Below, piece by piece: positions 10,138 through 20,500 of a stretch of 64,000 nucleotides of DNA. The notes under the pieces were generated by a model. It had not been told where the DNA came from, did no database searches, and saw only the letters and a list, made by a program, of their open reading frames with translations. Source of the stretch: a bacterium (GTDB lineage Bacteria > Patescibacteriota > Dojkabacteria > GCA-016699595 > JBAXKR01). Position 1 is the stretch's first letter. Every line of letters starts with the position of its first letter. The position numbers were made by a program, and so were the translations under genes. Location of the stretch: assembly GCA_037131125.1 (NCBI GenBank), contig JBAXRR010000001.1, positions 7,345 through 71,344 of the forward strand. Reading direction: 5' to 3'.

Positions 10138-10310
10138 ATGAAAGAAGATAAATCCTTTGTGATATTTTGTGATTCCAAAATAAGAAGGGTTTATGACGAA
10201 AAAACTGGGAAATGGTAGACTCAGATGGAAAATCATACCTGACAGATTGTATAGAATTACGAGAAAATAAGTTTAGAAATTGGAGTCGTTACAAAATGTA
10301 ACGGTTTGTA
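10138..10310 (+). pseudogene. Remnant of a Bro-N (phage antirepressor-like) gene
   Basis: MKEDKSFVIFCDSKIRRVYDEKTGKW* (10138-10218), then SDGKSYLTDC and GVVTKCNGL fragments, all resembling Bro-N motifs as I recall them. Confidence 0.55.
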
Positions 10311-10314
10311 TTTC

Positions 10315-12843
10315 TTAAGCCTTCTGACTAATTAATTCTTTTGCAACCAACTTTCCCTTTTCCCACTTAAGAAGATATTCACTTTCTTCATTAAGTTCGG
10401 ATCCAAGTAGCATTGAAGATAAGTTATTCTCTATATTCTTTTGTATTACTCTTCTTATTTCTCTTGCTCCGTAAAGATCGCTGAATCCTTTTTCCAAAAC
10501 CATATCTACTATAGATTTATCAAATTCAACATTAATCTTTTGTGCTTTTATCTCTCCTTTAACTTTCTCAAGTTCAAGTTTAACAATATCTTTTATTTCT
10601 GCTTTGGTTAGAGATTCAAAGATAATAATCTCATCTATTCTGTTAAGGAACTCTGGTTTAAAGAATTTATTAAGTTCAATCATTACTTCATCTTTTACTT
10701 TTCCCCAACCAGTTCTTTTTTCTTTTGGTGCAACAATCTTTTCCTCATCATCAAACCCACCCTTCTTTTTGTTATTTTCATTTATAGTTGAGTCAACTTT
10801 AAAATCAAAACCTAAAGTGTTTCCAATTTTACCTTCTCTTGTGAAGTCTTGAATAATGTCTGCACCAATATTAGATGTAGCTATTACAATTGTATTCTTG
10901 AAATCTACCACTCTTCCTTTTCCATCTGTAAGTCTTCCATCTTCAAGTATTTGAAGAAGAGAATTAAATACTTCTGGATGGGCTTTTTCAATCTCATCTA
11001 AAAGAATAATAGAATATGGTTGTCTTCTTATCTTCTCAGTTAGTTGACCACCATCGTCAAATCCTACATAACCTGGAGGAGAACCAATAAGTTTAGATAC
11101 ATTAAACTTTTCTGAGTATTCACTCATATCTATTCTCACAATTGCGTTTTCTGATCCAAACAATATCTTAGATAATGTTTTGGCAAGTTCTGTTTTACCT
11201 ACACCTGTTGGTCCTAAGAATAGGAACGAAGCGATTGGTCTATTAGGGTTCTTAAGACCTGCTCTTGCCCTTCTTACTGCTTCAGCTACAGCTTTAACTG
11301 CCTCGCTTTGTCCTACTAATGTTTTATGTATTTCACTTTCTAGTTTAAGAAGTTTTTTTCTTTCTTCTGATTTAAGTTCAGTTACGGGAACACTTGTAAT
11401 TTGTGAGATTATTGTTGCAACATCATCTACAGTTAGAACTGGAGTTCCAGTTCCTCTACTTTGATTCCATTTGTCTATTAATGGTTTAAGTGATTCTGTC
11501 TTCTTGTCTATAGATATCTTAAGTGTTGCTGCTTCCTCATATTTCTTTGTTCTAGTTAAGCTTTCTCTTTCCTGTTCAAGTTTTTTAATTTCAGATTCCA
11601 ATGCACGAATATCATCAGGCTTACTGAATGCTTCAAGTCTCAACTTGGATGCACCTTCATCTATTACATCGATTGCTTTATCCGGAAGGAATCTATCTGT
11701 AATATATCTTTCACTAAGTTCGCTAGCCGCTACAAGTGCTTCATCACTAATCTTTATTCTATGATGAGATTCATATTTATCTACTATCCCCCTTAGAATA
11801 TCTATAGTTTCACTAACACTTGGTTCTTTTACGATGATTGGTTGAAAACGTCTTTCAAGTGCTGCATCTTTTTCAATATATTTCTGATATTCATTTAACG
11901 TAGTTGCACCAATTACTTGAAGTTCTCCTCTAGCAAGTGGTGGTTTAAGTATATTAGATAAATCTAGTCCTCCCTCTTGGTTACCTGTTCCTACAATTGT
12001 GTGAAGTTCATCTATGAATAGAATAACCTCTCCATTACTCTTTTGTATTTCAGAAAGTATTTTCATTGCTCTTTCTTCGAACTCTCCTCTGAATTTAGCA
12101 CCTGCCATTAAAAGACCTAAGTCCAATGCCATAACTCTTTTGTTAAGAAGAATCTCTGGAACATTTTCTGATGCGATCTTTAGCGCAAGACCCTCAGCTA
12201 TTGCAGTCTTACCAACACCAGGATCTCCAATTAAAACTGGATTGTTCTTTTTTCTACGAGATAAAATTTGAATAACTCTTGTAACTTCATTCTTACGACC
12301 AATAACTGGATCTATCTTTCCAGAAGCTGCATACGCAGTTAGATCTTTTGCAAACTTATCTAGTGTTGGAGTTTTACTGGCATCTTTTTTATTAGCATCA
12401 CCTTCTCCTACAACTTCTGTTACAACCTTATGAAGTTTCTCATAAGTGAGTCCCATAGATTTAAGAACTTGAGCTGCAAGTCCTTCTCCTTCAGAGAGCA
12501 GTCCTAAAAGAATATGCTCAGGTCCTATGTATGTATGATTCATACTTCTAGATTCTTGGAAGGTTATTTCAAGAACTTGTTTTGCACGAGGTGCTAGATC
12601 TATTCTTCCTTCACTAAAATTTCCTGCTGTCATCATGGAGGTCATATTTGTTCTGACCTCTTCTACATCCATATTAAGTTTTTCAAATATCTTTTGAATT
12701 AATTCATCTTGAAGTAAAGCTAAGAGTATATGTTCAGTATCGATATACTTCCTTCTAAACTCTACAGCAATTGATGCTGCATTTTGTAAAACTGCTTTTG
12801 CTTTTTCTGAGAATATTTCTAGTAAGTTAAACATGTTATCCAT
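10315..12843 (-). CDS. clpC: ATP-dependent Clp protease ATPase subunit ClpC
   Basis: Two Clp-N repeats, Walker A GDPGVGKT and GPTGVGKT, short UVR-type middle domain, LGF ClpP-docking loop. Confidence 0.9.
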   Translation of the reverse strand: MDNMFNLLEIFSEKAKAVLQNAASIAVEFRRKYIDTEHILLALLQDELIQKIFEKLNMDVEEVRTNMTSMMTAGNFSEGRIDLAPRAKQVLEITFQESRSMNHTYIGPEHILLGLLSEGEGLAAQVLKSMGLTYEKLHKVVTEVVGEGDANKKDASKTPTLDKFAKDLTAYAASGKIDPVIGRKNEVTRVIQILSRRKKNNPVLIGDPGVGKTAIAEGLALKIASENVPEILLNKRVMALDLGLLMAGAKFRGEFEERAMKILSEIQKSNGEVILFIDELHTIVGTGNQEGGLDLSNILKPPLARGELQVIGATTLNEYQKYIEKDAALERRFQPIIVKEPSVSETIDILRGIVDKYESHHRIKISDEALVAASELSERYITDRFLPDKAIDVIDEGASKLRLEAFSKPDDIRALESEIKKLEQERESLTRTKKYEEAATLKISIDKKTESLKPLIDKWNQSRGTGTPVLTVDDVATIISQITSVPVTELKSEERKKLLKLESEIHKTLVGQSEAVKAVAEAVRRARAGLKNPNRPIASFLFLGPTGVGKTELAKTLSKILFGSENAIVRIDMSEYSEKFNVSKLIGSPPGYVGFDDGGQLTEKIRRQPYSIILLDEIEKAHPEVFNSLLQILEDGRLTDGKGRVVDFKNTIVIATSNIGADIIQDFTREGKIGNTLGFDFKVDSTINENNKKKGGFDDEEKIVAPKEKRTGWGKVKDEVMIELNKFFKPEFLNRIDEIIIFESLTKAEIKDIVKLELEKVKGEIKAQKINVEFDKSIVDMVLEKGFSDLYGAREIRRVIQKNIENNLSSMLLGSELNEESEYLLKWEKGKLVAKELISQKA

Positions 12844-12958
12844 ATTATTTCCTTTTACTTATTTTAATTTCAATTTGATCTTAAGCTATATATATCACCT
12901 ATATATTGTGAGGATGAAGTTACCTTTGTTAGGATTCTGATCTTCCTCATCTGAAGGT

Positions 12959-12987
12959 ATTATATTTCATTAGCAGAGGATAATCAA
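12959..12987 (-). promoter_or_regulatory. sigma70 promoter of clpC
   Basis: Minus strand TTGATT-N17-TATAAT. Confidence 0.8.
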
Positions 12988-12996
12988 GAGTGCTAA
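12970..12996. promoter_or_regulatory. CIRCE element (HrcA operator) overlapping the clpC -35
   Basis: TTAGCAGAG-N9-GAGTGCTAA versus consensus TTAGCACTC-N9-GAGTGCTAA. Confidence 0.85.
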
Positions 12997-13034
12997 TTGT
13001 GTTTGGTAGAAAAAACTAGTATATTTAATATTAC

Positions 13035-13508
13035 TTGTTATCCAATTACCCAATGCTCTACTCTCCTAATTCTAAATCTATTAAGAATGATTTATCTAAA
13101 TATGATAAATCTAAAGAGATTGTATTCATTTCTCAAGCATCTATTAATATGTGTTGGGCAAGAAAGCTATGTCAGTATGTAATAGAGAAAGGATTGGTTC
13201 CAGTTAACTATTTCACTGTGTATTCTAACTTCGTACATGAACTTGCCTCCCTTCAAACCATGATTGACTGTATTAATACCTTAATAGTTAGATGTGACTA
13301 TCTATGGGTATTTGGTGAAATAAGTGAAGGTATGTGGCATGAGATTAAAATGTGTAAGGAATTAGGAATACCAGTAAGATACTTCTCCATAGAAAAACTT
13401 CCAGAAGAGATTAACGAGATTACTGAAGATAAGGCTATTTATACTCCTAAGTTTGAAAAGAAGATGAAGGAAGATTTATCTTTTTATCCTGTTAATGCAA
13501 GTAAGTAA
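13035..13508 (+). CDS. Nucleoside deoxyribosyltransferase-like / DUF4406-like protein
   Basis: CDYLWVFGEISEGMWHEI...GIPVRYF matches the D-x-L-W-V-F-G..S-x-G-x3-E pattern of this fold. Confidence 0.6.
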   Translation: MLSNYPMLYSPNSKSIKNDLSKYDKSKEIVFISQASINMCWARKLCQYVIEKGLVPVNYFTVYSNFVHELASLQTMIDCINTLIVRCDYLWVFGEISEGMWHEIKMCKELGIPVRYFSIEKLPEEINEITEDKAIYTPKFEKKMKEDLSFYPVNASK

Positions 13509-13512
13509 GAAG

Positions 13513-13845
13513 CTAAAATTTAATTGTAATAACGCATGGGGCAATAGAAGTTAAACAAATGAACATATTTCCAAGAGCTTTCCATCTTTTTTCTCCAAAT
13601 TCTTCTCCATTTACTTTGTCTTCTTGTCTGAAATCTAAATTCTTAATTCCATAATATGCTGCACTTATTGCTCCAAATGCTAGTGACCCTGTTCTTGCCA
13701 ACTCTATAATATCTTTCCAAGCTTTACTATCTGGATGAGTACTAAGTAAGTAGCTTCCTGCAAAGTTAATGACAAGTGATTGAAGAATTACAACACTTGG
13801 AAGGTCAAATCGAGGTTTGTCATTTGGTTGTTGTTGTTCTTTCAT
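13513..13845 (-). CDS. Hypothetical membrane protein
   Basis: 110 aa, about three hydrophobic segments. Confidence 0.5.
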   Translation of the reverse strand: MKEQQQPNDKPRFDLPSVVILQSLVINFAGSYLLSTHPDSKAWKDIIELARTGSLAFGAISAAYYGIKNLDFRQEDKVNGEEFGEKRWKALGNMFICLTSIAPCVITIKF

Positions 13846-13846
13846 T

Positions 13847-14605
13847 TTAGTATCTGGATAACTTTTCCATAGCTAGGTAAGTTACACTCTTAACAACTTC
13901 ATCTTCTTTTTTGAGTCCTAACTTTCTTGCAAAGTTTCTTATTTCTTCAACTACCATTTCCCTATTCTTTTCAGTTTTATGTTCTATCTCTATTCCTGTT
14001 CCAAAGTCTTTAATATCATCAATGCAAATTTTAAGATCTTCGAATGAATACATTATTCTAGCCTTATCTATTGTCATGAATTCTTTTAAATTCATAAGTT
14101 TTAGAAGATTATTTGTTTCCTCATAGTTCTTTACTTCGATTTCAGATTCTATGCATGTGTTATGGTTAAGTGCATCCGTTAATCTTTTTACTTCAAGTGA
14201 AGTAGTTATCTTTCCTGTATAGTCATTGTCTTGTTCTCGAATTCTAAGGCCGAATCCTTCACCTGAATCAAAATCTCTATTTTTTTCTTCAAGGTTTTTA
14301 ATATGGTTACCTATATACCAGTGATCTACTATATGACTTAGATGTGTAACTCTTGCTCCAATAGTTATTAGTTTGTTCTCAATTGCTTTTCTATCCTTAC
14401 ATAAATATCTAAGTTCAACTTCAGCAATTTCCTTTTGAGGTTTTTTTGAGTTAATGAAAGCATCCAGATCGGATTTCTTTATTCTAATATTCTTACCTAT
14501 CTTTGATGCTTTTAGTTCTTTAGAATCTATGTAGTTTCTTACAGATTGCCAGTGAACCTTGAGTATGTCTGCAGTTTCATTTATGGTAAGGAGTGTGTCA
14601 CTCAT
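13847..14605 (-). CDS. Excisionase-type HTH (HTH_17) fused to CYTH / class IV adenylate cyclase-like domain
   Basis: LLTINETADIL...ELKASKIGKNIRI..SDLDAF HTH; CYTH motifs EVELR, LRIR, ESEIEV, DDIKDFGTGIEIE. Confidence 0.8.
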   Translation of the reverse strand: MSDTLLTINETADILKVHWQSVRNYIDSKELKASKIGKNIRIKKSDLDAFINSKKPQKEIAEVELRYLCKDRKAIENKLITIGARVTHLSHIVDHWYIGNHIKNLEEKNRDFDSGEGFGLRIREQDNDYTGKITTSLEVKRLTDALNHNTCIESEIEVKNYEETNNLLKLMNLKEFMTIDKARIMYSFEDLKICIDDIKDFGTGIEIEHKTEKNREMVVEEIRNFARKLGLKKEDEVVKSVTYLAMEKLSRY

Positions 14606-14886
14606 TAAATTATTTGTTAAAAATAGATAGAAATATTGTAACTCCTTATATACTAAAGATCAACTTAGTGATAATACGATATAACTTCTTGAGCTTTACT
14701 TCTAGATTGAGGTCAGATAGATTGGTCAGTATAAATATCCTCTTTTGTGTTTTTAAGGTAAATGGGGATATAATCCAAATCTGGTTTACTTTAAATTAAT
14801 GTTGTTTTAATTTATATTCGAGTATACTTTGCCTGTTTTACACTATATATATAGTGTGGAAATAAATAATATTTAAGAACAAGTTT

Positions 14887-17343
14887 ATGAAATTAGTAGT
14901 AGTAGAGTCACCAACAAAAGCAAAAACGATCTCTAAGTTTTTACCTAAAGAGTACTATGTCATTGCTTCTCAAGGACACATTCGTGATCTTCCAAGAAAT
15001 GCAGCTGAGGTTCCAGCTAAGTTTAAGAAAGAGAAATGGGCAAGTCTTGGTGTTGATGTAAAGAATGACTATAATCCTCTCTATGTAATATCTTCTGAAA
15101 AGAAAAAGATTATTAAATCTTTAAAAGAACACTTAGAAAAATCAGATGAATTAATACTCGCAACTGATGAAGATAGAGAAGGAGAATCTATTTCTTGGCA
15201 TCTTAAAGAAGTACTTAAACCTACTGTTCCAGTATCTAGAATGGTATTTCATGAGATCACAAAAGAAGCTATAGCTGACGCCTTAAAATCTCCTCGTAAG
15301 ATTGATCAGAAGATTGTAGATGCACAAGAAGCTAGAAGAATATTAGACAGATTATTTGGCTATACACTCTCCCCTCTTTTATGGAAGAAAATTGCACTTG
15401 GTCTTTCTGCAGGTAGAGTTCAATCTGTTGCAGTAAGATTAATTGTTAATAGAGAGAAAGAAAGAAGAAATTTTGTTAAGGGATCCTTTTGGGATCTTAA
15501 AGCTATTGTTACACCAACAGCACTTGCAGATAAATTTGAAAGTTCATTAGAAAAGATTGAGAACTTATCTGTTGCAAAGGGTGCTGACTTCGATGAGCAA
15601 ACAGGTAAGATTAAAAATGAGAATAAAGTAATATTACTAGATGAGAAATCTGCAAATAAAATAAAAGATTTACTTCAGGATTCTGAATTCAAAGTATTAG
15701 ATGTAAAAGAATCTGAACAAGTTAGAAATCCATATGCACCATTTATTACTTCTTCTTTACAAATTGAAGCAAATAGAAAGTTAGGTTTTGCAGCAAAGTA
15801 CACAATGCAAGTTGCTCAAAGACTTTATGAAAATGGACTGATTACATACATGAGAACAGATTCTACTAATCTTTCACACCAAGCACTAGATGCAATAAGA
15901 AACAATATTGTTGAAAGATATGGTAAAGAATATTTATCTGATGAGGTCCGAGTCTACACAAAGAAATCAAAAGGTGCACAAGAAGCTCATGAGGCAATTA
16001 GGCCTGCTGGAAGCTCTATGCCAACATCTGAAGAGTTAAATCTATCTGGTGATGAATCTAGACTCTATGATCTAATTTGGAAAAGATCTATGGCTACACA
16101 AATGAAGGAAGCAAGAGTTAAGGTTATTAGTATATCTATAAATTCTAAAGTTTCTTCTGATTCTAAATCTAAAGATATAGCGGAACTTATAAAGTTAGAA
16201 AAGAATTCTAAAGAAATTAATTTCTTATTTAAAGCATCTGGAAGAAGAATAATATTTCCAGGATTCTTAAGAGCTTATGTTGAAGGAAATGATAATCCAG
16301 AAAATGCACTAGATGACTCTGAGAAGATACTACCAGAATTAAAAGTAGAACAAGTATTAAAATTACTTGAGCTTAATGAGGAATCTCATGAGACTAAACC
16401 ACCTGCAAGATATACAGATGCAACTTTAGTTAAGAAACTAGAACAAGAAGGAATTGGAAGACCAAGTACTTATGCTTCAATTATTTCTACAATTGTAGAT
16501 AGAGGATATATTGTGAAGAAGAATAATCAGCTGATACCAACATTCACGGCATATTCAGTTACTAATCTTCTTGAAAAATATTTTACTAAATTAGTTGATC
16601 TTAACTTCACAGCTGAAATGGAAGGTAGTTTAGATAAGATAGAAGAAGGAGAAATTAAATGGCTTCCATATTTGAAGTCTTTCTATGAAGGAAAAGAAGG
16701 ATTGGAAAACCAAGTAAAAGAAAAGAATGAAATTATAGATGCACGTGAAATGTGTACACTTAAGATTGCAAACTTCCCATATGACATTAGAGTTGGGAAA
16801 TATGGTGCATTTGTAGAGATAGAGAATAAAAAAGATCCTGAGAATCCAACTAGAGTTACAATAGATGAATCCGTTGCACCTGCAGATATTAATGAAGAAG
16901 AAGTTAAAAGACTTGTTGTAGCGAAGAAAGAATCTGACAAACCACTTGGTACAGACCCTGTTTCCGGAAAAGATGTATACCTTCTTGTTGGAAAGTATGG
17001 TCCATATGTTCAACTTGGCAGACCAGAAAAAGAATCTAAAGAGAAGGTTAAACGTGTATCTATTCCTAAAACACTTCCACTAGATATGGTGGATATTAAG
17101 AAAGCTCTTCAACTTCTTGAACTTCCTAAGACTCTTGGGCAAAATGCAGATGGAAAAGATGTAAAAATAGGAATAGGTCGATTTGGTCCATACATATTAA
17201 TAGATGGAGTGTTTAAGTCTATCCCTGCAAAGGAAGATATGTTTGCGCTAACTCTTGATGAAGCTATCGAGATATTTAGACTAAAGCTTCTAAAGGCAAC
17301 TGGGAGAAAGAGATTCTTCCCTCGCAAAAGTTTTAAAAAGTAG
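14887..17343 (+). CDS. topA: DNA topoisomerase I with Cys-free C-terminal repeats
   Basis: VVESPTKAKTI, ATDEDREGE, SAGRVQS, ITYMRTDS, AHEAIRP, GIGRPSTYA; G(K/R)(Y/F)GPY repeats. Confidence 0.97.
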   Translation: MKLVVVESPTKAKTISKFLPKEYYVIASQGHIRDLPRNAAEVPAKFKKEKWASLGVDVKNDYNPLYVISSEKKKIIKSLKEHLEKSDELILATDEDREGESISWHLKEVLKPTVPVSRMVFHEITKEAIADALKSPRKIDQKIVDAQEARRILDRLFGYTLSPLLWKKIALGLSAGRVQSVAVRLIVNREKERRNFVKGSFWDLKAIVTPTALADKFESSLEKIENLSVAKGADFDEQTGKIKNENKVILLDEKSANKIKDLLQDSEFKVLDVKESEQVRNPYAPFITSSLQIEANRKLGFAAKYTMQVAQRLYENGLITYMRTDSTNLSHQALDAIRNNIVERYGKEYLSDEVRVYTKKSKGAQEAHEAIRPAGSSMPTSEELNLSGDESRLYDLIWKRSMATQMKEARVKVISISINSKVSSDSKSKDIAELIKLEKNSKEINFLFKASGRRIIFPGFLRAYVEGNDNPENALDDSEKILPELKVEQVLKLLELNEESHETKPPARYTDATLVKKLEQEGIGRPSTYASIISTIVDRGYIVKKNNQLIPTFTAYSVTNLLEKYFTKLVDLNFTAEMEGSLDKIEEGEIKWLPYLKSFYEGKEGLENQVKEKNEIIDAREMCTLKIANFPYDIRVGKYGAFVEIENKKDPENPTRVTIDESVAPADINEEEVKRLVVAKKESDKPLGTDPVSGKDVYLLVGKYGPYVQLGRPEKESKEKVKRVSIPKTLPLDMVDIKKALQLLELPKTLGQNADGKDVKIGIGRFGPYILIDGVFKSIPAKEDMFALTLDEAIEIFRLKLLKATGRKRFFPRKSFKK

Positions 17344-17378
17344 TATAATTGCGATCAAACACTTAAAAATACGAAAAT

Positions 17379-17468
17379 ATGAAAAATATAATGGCTTATA
17401 TCTTTAGTGCATCTATTATTCTGAGTATTTTGATTGTATTTCTTGTAGTTTTCTTTGCATCTAAATAA
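17379..17468 (+). CDS. Candidate 29-aa single-pass membrane microprotein
   Basis: MKNIMAYIFSASIILSILIVFLVVFFASK*; TATAAT at 17345-17350. Confidence 0.45.
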   Translation: MKNIMAYIFSASIILSILIVFLVVFFASK

Positions 17469-17536
17469 AATTATTCATCCTTTTTTTGTTACTAATTTGT
17501 ACGATATTAAGTTAAAATATCCATAAGACATTTATT

Positions 17537-20500
17537 GTGTATATGAAATTATTAAGAGATTCAACAAACAAAAAGACAAGCAGATTAGATAATTACTCGA
17601 AACTTTCATCTCTCAAAGCAGATAGAAAAACTTGGAGTAAGAATAAGAAAGGAAAAGGTGGGATTAATTCAAAGATAAAGAAGATATTTGGAATACTTAT
17701 AGCAATTTTTTTCATCTTTTTAATTATCGGAACAATCGCAGGACTTGCAGTAATTGCTCACTATAGTGCACTCGTTCCAAATCCAAATGAAATTCTTACT
17801 GTTCAGCAAGATGAGTACTCTACTTTCTACGATAGAAATGGAAAGGAGCTATACAATGTTGTAGGAAGTGAGAATAGAATCATGATAAACAAGCTCGATG
17901 AAGTTCCCCAAAGTGTAAGATGGGCATTTATAGTTGCAGAAGATGCTGAATTTTATTCCCATAAAGGAATTGACCTTGTAGCTATTGCAAGATGTGCAGT
18001 TGGAAATATTAGTAACAAGCAACAGTGTGGTGGAAGTACAATTACTCAACAGGTTATTAAGAATGCTGCATTTGAAAAAGCAATCCAAGCTGGAAGTATA
18101 TCCAAATATGAAAGAAAGATAGAAGAAATTATTACAAGTTTAAGAGCAGAACAGGATTTCACAAAGGATCAGATTCTCCTCTTTTACATGAATAAGATTA
18201 ATTTTGGAAGTAATAGATATGGGCTTAAAACTGCATCAAAGATATATTTTGGAAAAGATCCAAAAGATTTAACATTAGCAGAATCTGCTCTACTTGCAGG
18301 TATTCCTAATTCCCCTTCTCAATTTGACCCTTTTGGTAATGTTAAAGATGAATACTGTAGAGTTAACGATGGTGAATTATTTGCAGAAAGTAAGATTACA
18401 GCTCAAGCAGGACAAGATGGACTCTACAAAGATAGTAATGGAAATGATGTTATTAAAGCAGCACCATACAAATGTAGACAGCTTTACGTCTTGAAACAAT
18501 ATGAAAAGAATTTAGATAAGATCAATCAAAGTGGGACTACAGTTACACAATCTGACATTGACAATGCAAGAAAAGAAGAACTAAAGTTCCAACCAAATAG
18601 AATAGATATTAAAGCTCCAAGTTTTGTTTTCTATGCAAGAGACCAGTTATATAACGCTGACTATAACTTCACAATTGACGGTAAGGCAATAACTTCTTCA
18701 GATATTGAAACTGGAGGGTATAAAATCTACACGACACTAGATTTGGATATGCAAGATATTGCAGAACAGGAGCTTAAGAACTGGGTAGATGGAACAAAAG
18801 ATTGTAAGTGTGATGATGCAGGTATTGCTAAAAGATTTGGAGTATATAATGGTGCAATGGCAAGCATTGATCCTAAAACAGGAGAAATCCTCATGATGGC
18901 TGGCTCAAAAGATTGGTTTGGGGAAAAAGAACAAGTTGTAACTGCAGATGGACCTCTAAAAGGAACTGCAAAATTCGATCCTAAAGTTAATATTCTAATT
19001 AGTAACCAACAAACAGGCTCCTCAAATAAGCCAATCTCATATCTTGCTGGTATTGAATCTGGTGTACTTAACCCGGCCTCATTCCTTCCAGATATGCCAG
19101 TTACATTTGGAAACTATACACCTCAGAATGCTGAAGGTGGAAATGCAGGCTATGCTCCAGGAAGTTCTAATAACTTCTTAAGAAATCAATTGCGACAATC
19201 TCTAAATAGACCTGCAGTTATGGCAGCAGATATTATGGGTGTAGATTCAATGTTGGATATGTATGAAAAGCTTGGATATACAGAGTTTAAAGATAGAAAG
19301 AGTTTTGGACTTTCCTCTATTTTAGGAGCAACTGCTGTTCAACCAATTGAACATTTTAATGCATATGCAACACTTGCAAATAAAGGGAAGTATCATAAAC
19401 CTCAAGCAATATTAAAGATCGTAGATAGAGCTGGTGTTGTTAAGTGGGAATATAAACCAGATGAAGGTAAACAAGTCGTAGATGAACGAGCAGCATATAT
19501 TATGTCAGATATTCTATATAATTACGGTAAAGAAGATATAGATCTCGTTAAAGCAACTGGTGGATATAGCGTTTCTGGTAAGACAGGAACTAGTGATGAG
19601 AATAAAGATATGTGGTTTGTAGGATATACTCCAGATATTGTTACAGGAGTTTGGACTGGAAATAATAATAACGCTGCTCCTCACAAGCAACCTTACAATA
19701 ATGGAGGACTTCCTTATGGATTTAGTTCAGCTAAGCCTTTATGGGTAAGATATTCTCAAAAGATCTTAACAAAATATCCAAAGACTACACTTACAAGACC
19801 TGCCGGAATTGTTAGTGCAGATGTTTGTTTAATATCTGGAAAATTAGCAACAGATAAGTGTGGCTCCACTATGAAAGAAATCTTTATAGATGGGAAACTT
19901 CCTCCAGTAGATGACAGTATTCAAACAATAAGAGTTTGTACAAATATTCCAGCATATAAACCTGAGGCTCAGTCTCTCAATATGATTGCAAGACCAATTG
20001 ATGAAACAAATGGATATGCAAAAGATGCTTTAGTAACTTATGTTAAGATTGGAGATCCTAAAAAGCCTACAGAACAAGCGCTTTTTGATAAATCTTCAGG
20101 TCAAAGTATTCCAACTGCACAGTGTACAACTGACTACAATACTATTTCTGCAGTTCCTACAATAAATATTGCCTCCCCTACAGATGGTGCGATTATTCCA
20201 TCTGACAATAGGACATTATCTTTGAATATTCAAGCTAGTCCTGCAGTGGGAATTATTAACTCAATAATAGTTACTGTTGGCTCAAATACTGTTGCAAGTA
20301 CAACAGATGCATCACTAACTCAAAATTTAATACTAGATAATAGTTATGGATATGGAGTAAAGACATTAACTGTAACAGCTAAGGATTCTTCAGGTAGAAG
20401 TTCTACAAAATCTATTTCAATTAATCTAGAATCCCCTGTATCATCTCAAAATCTAAAAATAACAAGCCCTAATAGTTCTAATTTAACTGTTGGAGATTCG

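Noticed and set aside
13847-14605. Prophage excisionase
   Set aside because: HTH is fused to a CYTH domain; no integrase or phage structural genes nearby
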